DNA of 24,000 nt from Paenibacillus sp. (GTDB lineage Bacteria > Bacillota > Bacilli > Paenibacillales > Paenibacillaceae), in the NCBI RefSeq assembly GCF_031254035.1, contig NZ_JAIRVF010000123.1, one strand, 5' to 3'. How positions within the stretch are numbered: the first letter of the stretch is position 1; every line of letters begins with the position of its first letter. The position numbers and the translations under genes were made by a program. The notes below the pieces were generated by a model. The model searched no databases. It had not been told where the DNA came from and was given only the letters and a program-made list of their open reading frames with translations. This document shows positions 8,496 to 14,320 of this stretch, piece after piece.

Positions 8496-8966
8496 CTACT
8501 TTAAATAAGAACTTGTATCCACCTGATCGATCATTTGCAAAATATCATCGATTGAAGTAGCTGCCACCATCTGATCCAGTACATTCGGACCATCAAAAAG
8601 GGCTACGATCTGCGGAATTGCGATGCTCGAATGAATAGACGGAGACGTAGCCGCCAGTGCTATCAGCACTTGTACTTCCTTGCCGTCAGAAAACTCCACA
8701 GGTTTGTCTAAAATAACGAGACTAAAAGCGTCGCGATTCACCCCATCCTTCGGGCGCGCATGGGGCATGGCCATCCCTGGAGTCAAAATATAATAAGGTC
8801 CATGAAGTTCAGTTGAGGCAATAATCGCTTGCGTATATCTGGGCTCTACTGCACCGCTTTTGACTAACGGCTCCGTTGCTCTTTCAATTGCTTCCTGCCA
8901 TGTCTTTGCCGTCGCATTCAATAGGATAGAATCATTTTCAACTAAGGACTGCTTCAGATTTAACAT
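8496..8966 (-). CDS. ulaC: PTS ascorbate-family EIIA component
   Basis: 156 aa, collinear with E. coli UlaC: TWQEA, VEPRY, HGPYxxLxPGxAMPHxRP with the phosphorylatable His. Confidence 0.9.
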   Translation of the reverse strand: MLNLKQSLVENDSILLNATAKTWQEAIERATEPLVKSGAVEPRYTQAIIASTELHGPYYILTPGMAMPHARPKDGVNRDAFSLVILDKPVEFSDGKEVQVLIALAATSPSIHSSIAIPQIVALFDGPNVLDQMVAATSIDDILQMIDQVDTSSYLK

Positions 8967-8986
8967 CGATGCTGCCTCCTTTTCCC

Positions 8987-9265
8987 CTACAAAATGCTGC
9001 TGAGTTTCGCACTGATTTCAGCTTCATCCATCAAATTGTCGAGTCCGAGCAAATGACCTTTAGTCCGTCCCTCCAGCTCGTGTATCAGATGTACTGAAGC
9101 GACAATAACATCGTATCCACTTGCTTGTGCTTTGGCTTCACCGACACTGCAATAATCAACTTTAAAATCTGTTTTTCCCATTCCCCGTAATACCTTTTCA
9201 ATTTTCATTTTGATCACCATACTAGAACCCATACCATTTCCACATGCAGCTAATATTTTTAACAT
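8987..9265 (-). CDS. ulaB: PTS ascorbate-family EIIB component
   Basis: 92 aa from MLKILAACGNGMGSS, with the active-site Cys in the CGNGxGSS loop as in UlaB. AAAGGA lies 8 nt upstream of this ATG. The track start at 9274 has no spacer to the SD. Confidence 0.9.
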   Translation of the reverse strand: MLKILAACGNGMGSSMVIKMKIEKVLRGMGKTDFKVDYCSVGEAKAQASGYDVIVASVHLIHELEGRTKGHLLGLDNLMDEAEISAKLSSIL

Positions 9266-9297
9266 TTCAACCATCCTTTCAATTTTTAAAGTCGAGG

Positions 9298-10725
9298 TTA
9301 TTCTAAACCTTCCTCATACGCTTTCTTATCTTTTGCTCGAGCAAACTGGATAAGTGGGATTGCGAGCATAAAGAGCACGACAATAACAATGCCCCAAATA
9401 TGGCAATACTTAAGCAACATCGCTACAGGTGTCCAGAAGATTTCAAAGTCAATGTTTCCGTGCCAGCCTCCGAATTTATATAGACCGACAAGCATCACTG
9501 CAAAAGCACTGATCGACACTTGCAAGATCCCTGAGACGAAGGAGCATATCATCGCCGCTCTTGTTCCCCCACGTTTGTTTGCAAACACAGCAATGGTCGC
9601 ATTATCGAAGAAGACAGGAACGAATCCGGTAATAATCAGCACGGGTGCCTTGAACAAGACCATACCTAGAATGACGATAAACTGACCCAATGCTCCAAAA
9701 ATAAAACCAAACAAAATTGCATTGGGTGGTGCAAAACTATATACAGCTGCGCAATCTACAGCAGGAAGCGCTCCCGGCAAAATGCGATTGGAAATCCCTT
9801 GGAATGAGTTCGTCAGTTCTGCGACAAACATTCGCACACCTTGCATCAGGATGGCGAGGTACACCGAAAAGTAAAGAGCTTCTGACAAAATATATGTGCC
9901 GAAAGATAATGTCTCTGGGAACTTTGCCGGATTCATTGCGCGAAGGTAGTCATCGCCCAAAATCACCATAATGGACCCGAAGAATAGGAGCATCAGCGTA
10001 CTTGTCGCCACAATGTTATCGTGGAATATTGACAACCACTTGGGCAATCGGATATTTTCCAAGTTCTTTTTAGGGTCTCCCAACTTCCCTGCGAATTTAT
10101 CCGTTAACCAGACCGCAAACATTTGCTGATGTCCGATCGCAAAACCAGCATTACCTGTCAATCGCTGAGTGGGACCTACCGTCAAATTAGAAGAAACCAT
10201 CCAGTAAAGACCTACCAATACACCTACAATAGCAGCACCAATCATATTCTGATATTCAGGGAACAGAAAGAAAATAATCCACGTAACCGTTGTTGCTTGC
10301 TGCACCATAATGTGTCCGGTAATGAACAAAGTTCTTATTTTCGTAAATTTCCGCAGTAAGACTAACACAATATTCAGTATGAATCCGATAAGCAATGAAA
10401 TCATTGTCCAGGAAGTCGTTAGACCAACAGAATCCAAAGCTGCGTTTACAGCGTTTAATCCAAAATAGGGGTCAATAATCGCCGCCTCTAACTTGAAGCG
10501 ATCATTAAGGCCTGCCAAAATAGGACGGAAAGTGGTGACTAGACCAGCAGCCCCAACATTCAGGATCATATAGCCGACAACTGCCTTGACAAATCCAGCA
10601 AAGCATTCATAAAAAGGTTTTTTGAGCAAGATATAACCTAGAAGAACAATAAGTCCAACAAAAAATTCCGGTCTCGTCAAAATATTGTTCGCAAACCAAC
10701 TAAACAAATTGAGTAAAGTATCCAT
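9298..10725 (-). CDS. ulaA: PTS ascorbate-family EIIC permease
   Basis: 475 aa and polytopic, collinear with E. coli UlaA: GHIMxQQ, GHQQ, FHDNIV, QGVRMFVAEL, IDCAAxYSFAP, FANxxGG. The RBS is AAGAGGTGA. Confidence 0.93.
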   Translation of the reverse strand: MDTLLNLFSWFANNILTRPEFFVGLIVLLGYILLKKPFYECFAGFVKAVVGYMILNVGAAGLVTTFRPILAGLNDRFKLEAAIIDPYFGLNAVNAALDSVGLTTSWTMISLLIGFILNIVLVLLRKFTKIRTLFITGHIMVQQATTVTWIIFFLFPEYQNMIGAAIVGVLVGLYWMVSSNLTVGPTQRLTGNAGFAIGHQQMFAVWLTDKFAGKLGDPKKNLENIRLPKWLSIFHDNIVATSTLMLLFFGSIMVILGDDYLRAMNPAKFPETLSFGTYILSEALYFSVYLAILMQGVRMFVAELTNSFQGISNRILPGALPAVDCAAVYSFAPPNAILFGFIFGALGQFIVILGMVLFKAPVLIITGFVPVFFDNATIAVFANKRGGTRAAMICSFVSGILQVSISAFAVMLVGLYKFGGWHGNIDFEIFWTPVAMLLKYCHIWGIVIVVLFMLAIPLIQFARAKDKKAYEEGLE

Positions 10726-10787
10726 TCATCACTCACCTCTTAATTTTCTCGCTGACAAATAAAACGGTTACATTTATCTAGCTAATA

Positions 10788-10829
10788 CTCAATTCAGACT
10801 TACAATTATGACGATAAGTCTGAATTGAG
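10788..10829 (-). other. Perfect 15-bp inverted repeat (RNA hairpin) in the ulaG-ulaA intercistronic gap
   Basis: CTCAATTCAGACTTA (10788-10802), 12-nt loop, TAAGTCTGAATTGAG (10815-10829). On the transcribed (-) strand it begins 10 nt after the ulaG stop and is followed by tattagc, which is not a U-tract. Confidence 0.8.
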
Positions 10830-10839
10830 AGGTTAATGA

Positions 10840-11904
10840 TTATAAGAATGACTTAAAGGGCATATCTGGTTCAATGGTGAAAACATCGTTAAAGCCTCTT
10901 GGATAATGATATTCGAGTTTGTCTTTATCATTTGGATAAACAAACTTCCCGCCTACTTGCCACGTATATGGTTTGAACTGATAGTTCAAGCGGTCTTTTT
11001 TCGATTCCCAAAGCAATTGCAATTCTTTCGGGTCTGCTTGGAAATTGGACCAAATATCATAATGGACGGGAATGACTACGTTAGCTTTCAGTGCCTCAGC
11101 CATCCGCAGCATATCAACAGAAGTGATTTTATCTGTGATGCCACGAGGATTCTCACCATATGCACCCAGACAAACATCAATCTGATGCTCGTTTCCATGT
11201 TTTGCGAAGTAATTGGAGTAATGTGAATCCCCTGCGTGATACAAACTACCACCTGAAGTTTTGAACAAGTAATTGACGGCTACTTCATCCATCTCCATCG
11301 GCATCTTACCTTTTAAAGTCACGTTCTGTGGTACAGTCACCAAGGCTGTACGATCAAACGCTTCCAAGACAACGATTTCAACATCCTTTATTTTGATGAC
11401 ATCTCCTGGTTTTACTACGATGCAGCGTTCTTCGGGCACGCCCCAGCTCGTCCAGAGATCAACGCAAGCTTGCGGGCCAATAAAGGGAACAGTTGACGCA
11501 CAATTTTGCAAAACGGCCGCAGCAGTATTGATATCAATATGATCCGAGTGAAAATGAGTAACGATCAGAGCATCCAGATTCTTGATCGCAAAAGGATCGA
11601 TGACAAAAGGGGCTGTCCGTAAATTGGGTTGCAACTCCTTACAGCCACTCATCCGTTGCATTTGATGACCGTCTTTCATCCATTTATTTTTACGCGTTTG
11701 CTTTCCCGTTCCACACCAGAGATCAACCAGCAGGTTGGCATCTCCTTCGGATTTAAGATAAATTCCCGTACAACCCAACCACCACATCGCAAACGTATTT
11801 TTCTCAACAACCGTTTCGTCTATTTCCTCATTCAACCACGTGCCCCATTCTGGAAATGTACTTAAAATCCACTTTTCTCGTGTAATATCATTGATATTTG
11901 CCAT
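10840..11904 (-). CDS. ulaG: L-ascorbate-6-phosphate lactonase (metallo-beta-lactamase fold)
   Basis: 354 aa from [21 protein letters not shown] (GAGGGA 8 nt upstream). It is collinear along its whole length with E. coli UlaG: WWLGCTG, FWCGTGK, HxHxDHID, YLFKTxGGSLYHxGDSHYSN, [11 protein letters not shown], [24 protein letters not shown]. The 65 extra N-terminal codons of the track ORF are not supported. Confidence 0.93.
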   Translation of the reverse strand: MANINDITREKWILSTFPEWGTWLNEEIDETVVEKNTFAMWWLGCTGIYLKSEGDANLLVDLWCGTGKQTRKNKWMKDGHQMQRMSGCKELQPNLRTAPFVIDPFAIKNLDALIVTHFHSDHIDINTAAAVLQNCASTVPFIGPQACVDLWTSWGVPEERCIVVKPGDVIKIKDVEIVVLEAFDRTALVTVPQNVTLKGKMPMEMDEVAVNYLFKTSGGSLYHAGDSHYSNYFAKHGNEHQIDVCLGAYGENPRGITDKITSVDMLRMAEALKANVVIPVHYDIWSNFQADPKELQLLWESKKDRLNYQFKPYTWQVGGKFVYPNDKDKLEYHYPRGFNDVFTIEPDMPFKSFL

Positions 11905-11937
11905 TTTAAATTTCCCTCGTTTCGGTAAATGGTTTTT

Positions 11938-11959
11938 AAAAAGAAAACGTTTTCTTTTT
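11938..11959 (-). promoter_or_regulatory. 22-bp perfect palindrome with a cre-like core (candidate CcpA site or operator)
   Basis: AAAAAGAAAAC|GTTTTCTTTTT. The central 15-mer AAGAAAACGTTTTCT matches the cre consensus WTGNAANCGNWNNCW at all but one position (A for T at position 2). It lies between the TATAAT box and the ulaG RBS. Confidence 0.5.
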
Positions 11960-11967
11960 ATGATTAA

Positions 11968-11973
11968 ATTATA
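11968..11973 (-). promoter_or_regulatory. Candidate -10 box of the ula operon promoter
   Basis: The minus strand reads cctggtTATAATtt, 64 nt upstream of the ulaG ATG. No good -35 is present (ttttca/tttttc), which fits an activator-dependent promoter. Confidence 0.4.
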
Positions 11974-12212
11974 ACCAGGTCGTTGACTGTGAAAAAGTCT
12001 AACCTGCACACAAGCGAGCTGTACATGGGTGCACTGAAAAACTTGCCAGAAAAAACGCCTCGTTGCTTTAAGGGAAATATAGATTTGTTCTATTATCATA
12101 GAATCAATAAAGAATTAATTCTATATCATTCTTCTGTTTCTCCTAAGTAAATATCGGTAAATATTCATCTTATTGGGGTATACTTTCGCAGAACAGAAAT
12201 CACCTTGAAAAC

Positions 12213-12343
12213 TTATCGTTGTAGGGAAAATCGGATTGCGCTTATTTTTCCCGTTTTAATGTTAGATAGATTGACATTCGTAATCCCCACTTTTTCCGCC
12301 AGATATTTTCCAGGTCTACCATCACACGATCGAATTCATCAAA
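12213..12343 (-). pseudogene. Decayed small XRE/Cro-type HTH regulator (YozG-like) remnant
   Basis: One minus-strand frame reads ..YLAEKVGITNVNLSNIKTGKISAIRFSLQR-stop, a recognisable Cro/C1 HTH. The preceding FDEFDRVMVDLENI segment lies in a different frame. Neither piece has a usable start with an RBS, and the C-terminal part expected after AIRFS is missing. Confidence 0.5.
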
Positions 12344-12407
12344 AAATAAAAATTGTTAAAACAATGAAAAGACCGCTTGATTATCCCTTGACATTGATGT
12401 ATTTTTG

Positions 12408-12427
12408 AAACATACGCTACCGTATGT
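12408..12427 (+). promoter_or_regulatory. Inverted-repeat operator, copy 1 (upstream of the TetR gene)
   Basis: AAACATACG-CTAC-CGTATGT, with ACATACG/CGTATGT arms. It overlaps or follows candidate promoters (TTGACA 12388-12393 or TTGATT 12377-12382 with TATTTT 12400-12405). It sits 10 nt before the GGAGG RBS. Confidence 0.6.
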
Positions 12428-12436
12428 CGGAGGTGA

Positions 12437-12964
12437 ATGATGCAGCTCTCAAGAGAAGATTGGATTAAAGCCGGGTTACGCAAACTAGCGCATTCCGGAA
12501 TCGATGCCGTTCGCGTTGAAGTGCTTGCGCGGGAACTGAAAATAAGCAAAGGAAGCTTTTATCATCATTTTCAGGATCGAAGCGATCTTCTGGAATCGAT
12601 GATCGATTATTGGGAGGAGTACGCAACTCGGAATATCATTGATGAATTAGAAGTGCAGAGCTCCCCCTCACTAGAACGCATATTGAAAGTTAGCTTTGCC
12701 CCAAATGAAGAAAACAAACAAATTGAATTCGCCATTTACGCATGGGCCAAACGATCTCCCGAGCTTTCGATCCGCATTGCCGAGATTGAAAATCAAAGGA
12801 TAAGTTATGTCGCGAAATTATATGAGCAACGAGGTTTGAAGCCTTCGGCTGCACTCTCTCGGGCAAAGCTGGCCTACCTGGTTTATTTAGGATGGATGAC
12901 CCGATTTGAAGCCAAGGCTGATTTTGATATGGAGAGTACATTAAATATTTTGCTTAATGCATGA
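12437..12964 (+). CDS. TetR/AcrR-family transcriptional regulator
   Basis: 175 aa with an N-terminal TetR HTH (WIKAGLRKLAHSGIDAVRVEVLARELKISKGSFYHHFQDRSDLL). The second ATG (12440) has better SD spacing. Confidence 0.9.
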   Translation: MMQLSREDWIKAGLRKLAHSGIDAVRVEVLARELKISKGSFYHHFQDRSDLLESMIDYWEEYATRNIIDELEVQSSPSLERILKVSFAPNEENKQIEFAIYAWAKRSPELSIRIAEIENQRISYVAKLYEQRGLKPSAALSRAKLAYLVYLGWMTRFEAKADFDMESTLNILLNA

Positions 12965-12977
12965 TCTGCTACTTTGC

Positions 12978-13009
12978 ATCCCTAATATGGCATAGGTCAT
13001 ATTAGGGAT
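12978..13009 (+). other. Perfect 12-bp stem hairpin after the TetR gene (weak or atypical terminator)
   Basis: ATCCCTAATATG, 8-nt loop, CATATTAGGGAT. It is followed by AAAAATT rather than a T-run, so termination efficiency is doubtful. Confidence 0.45.
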
Positions 13010-13021
13010 AAAAATTAATAT

Positions 13022-13043
13022 AAACATACGCTTCCGTATGTTT
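13022..13043 (+). promoter_or_regulatory. Inverted-repeat operator, copy 2 (upstream of the DUF3995 gene)
   Basis: AAACATACG-CTTC-CGTATGTTT, with perfect 9-bp arms. The core is the same as at 12408-12427. It ends 4 nt before the GAGGAGGA RBS of the 13061 gene. Confidence 0.6.
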
Positions 13044-13060
13044 CGAGGAGGAAGACCCTT

Positions 13061-13483
13061 ATGGAATTCTGGATGACTTTCGTTTCAGTCTGCATTTTAT
13101 GCTTCATCAGCATGCTGCATATGTACTGGGCGTGTGGAGGGCGCTGGGGAACCGAAGCTGTTATCCCCCGCAAAAAAGGAGAAAGCCAGCCTACATTCGT
13201 TCCAGGCAAGTCGGGAACTTTGCTGGTGGCATTCCTTCTTCTTATGGCTTGCTTTCTCCTTGTTATTCAAGTCGGGTTCCTGCCTTCTATGAAAGCAAGT
13301 GCGATCTCCCGCTGGGGCTGCATCGTTTGCACAGCTGTTTTTTTGCTGCGAAGTATCGGCGATTTCAAGTACGTCGGCTTTTTCAAAAAAGTAAAACATT
13401 CCACTTTTGCAACCTATGATACATTCTTGTACAGCCCACTCTGCTTGTATCTTGGAATCAACTATATTCTATTATTGTTATAA
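13061..13483 (+). CDS. DUF3995-family small membrane protein
   Basis: 140 aa with four hydrophobic segments. The N-terminal signature SMLHMYWACGGRWG and the later RSIGDFKYVGFFKK are typical of DUF3995. The RBS is strong. Confidence 0.8.
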   Translation: MEFWMTFVSVCILCFISMLHMYWACGGRWGTEAVIPRKKGESQPTFVPGKSGTLLVAFLLLMACFLLVIQVGFLPSMKASAISRWGCIVCTAVFLLRSIGDFKYVGFFKKVKHSTFATYDTFLYSPLCLYLGINYILLLL

Positions 13484-13519
13484 GTAAAGTTTTGACAGCA
13501 TCGGTCAATATTAAAAACC

Positions 13520-13575
13520 AAAGAACCTCTGGATAACCCAAGATATCCTTGGGGAAGCAGAGGTTCTTTTCGTTT
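13520..13575 (+). terminator. Rho-independent terminator of the DUF3995 gene
   Basis: AAAGAACCTCTG (13520-13531) pairs with CAGAGGTTCTTT (13558-13569). There is an inner CCAAG-atatc-CTTGG hairpin, followed by T-CG-TTT. Confidence 0.75.
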
Positions 13576-14050
13576 ATAAAAAATCATCACTTCAATTCTG
13601 AACCGACCATGCGCAAACTGCCGAGCTTCATCCATATCGAGAGGTGCCGATGGCCGATCTTTGCTATACAGATAACCATCCAAGTCAATAGCGGCTTTGA
13701 AATCCGCATCTTCATACAGAACATTAACCGCGGTGGCTCCGCCTTGGGAATGGCCGATAATCCCGAGCTTCGAAAAATCGATTTTGCTGGCAACGGGACT
13801 GTCTGAGCCCTCTGAGCCTATTTTCTTCATTTGTGCCAACGCGAATCGGATGTCTTGCGTCTGTTCATCGATAATAGGGGTGGTAACCTCATTTTCCGCT
13901 TGATAACCCATTTCCGAAAGAGAGGTAGCGCCCTCATAACCTTCATACGAACTATCCGGATAGGCTGACATCAACGCCGTGCCCGGATGCTCCACCGCTA
14001 CACTAAAGTATTATGTAAAATTTTTTGGCACTACTAACGATAAATTGCAT
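13576..14050 (-). pseudogene. Alpha/beta-hydrolase (lipase / PAF-acetylhydrolase-like) remnant
   Basis: The ORF contains VAVEHPG and the nucleophile elbow GIIGHSQGGATAV. It lacks the roughly 100 aa normally preceding VAVEH. An RBS-preceded ATG at 14050 gives only MQFIVSSAKKFYIIL-stop in another frame, with an A/T homopolymer run at 14017-14026. The ORF's 3' end runs through the neighbour's terminator and gene, and that part of the sequence does not look protein-like. Confidence 0.55.
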
Positions 14051-14252
14051 TCAATCCTCCCGCATACCATATTAAACAATCTCCATCCCTCCTTCTTTAC
14101 TTAAGTTCTCCGGGATAGTCAGTTCCTGCACTCTCTCTGTGGCTTCGATAGATATCTCTCAATCAATATTCGTAGTCCAATTATATGGTTAACCATACTT
14201 AATTATTAAGATATATACTCCCTTTTGCCAATGAAAGGGTAAACACACAGAA

Positions 14253-14288
14253 ACAACCCGACCGGAGCTCGAACTCCAATCGGGTTGT
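14253..14288 (-). terminator. Terminator-like hairpin downstream of the ribosomal-protection gene
   Basis: ACAACCCGA (14253-14261) pairs with TCGGGTTGT (14280-14288). On the minus strand it is followed by ttctgtgtgttt, an interrupted U-tract. Confidence 0.55.
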
Positions 14289-14320
14289 TGTCAATGTCAC
14301 AATCCATTATTCTGCATAGC

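Noticed and set aside
10788-10829. The ulaG-ulaA hairpin read as a PRD-antiterminator RAT site or a canonical intrinsic terminator.
   Set aside because: The local regulator is an HTH activator type rather than a BglG/SacY-type RNA binder, there is no overlapping terminator/antiterminator alternative, and there is no U-tract.
12030-12050. The minus-strand CTGGCAAG...GTGCA upstream of ulaG read as a sigma-54 promoter.
   Set aside because: The GG-to-GC spacing is three nt too long, and the adjacent regulator has no AAA+ sigma-54 interaction module.
11905-12099. The 65-codon N-terminal extension of the ulaG track ORF.
   Set aside because: The extension is AT-rich, basic and low in complexity, and it covers the TATAAT box and the cre-like palindrome. 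The ATG at 11904 has a good SD and gives a 354-aa product collinear with UlaG from its first residues.
12205-12549. Track ORFs 12205..12408 (+) and 12322..12549 (-).
   Set aside because: The first is the antisense shadow of the XRE-HTH remnant. The second runs antisense across the TetR start and its promoter and operator. Neither has an RBS or a recognisable product.
13097-13419. ORFs 13097..13399 (-) and 13099..13419 (+) overlapping the DUF3995 gene.
   Set aside because: These are alternative-frame shadows. Only the 13061..13483 frame has an RBS, transmembrane periodicity and the DUF3995 signature.
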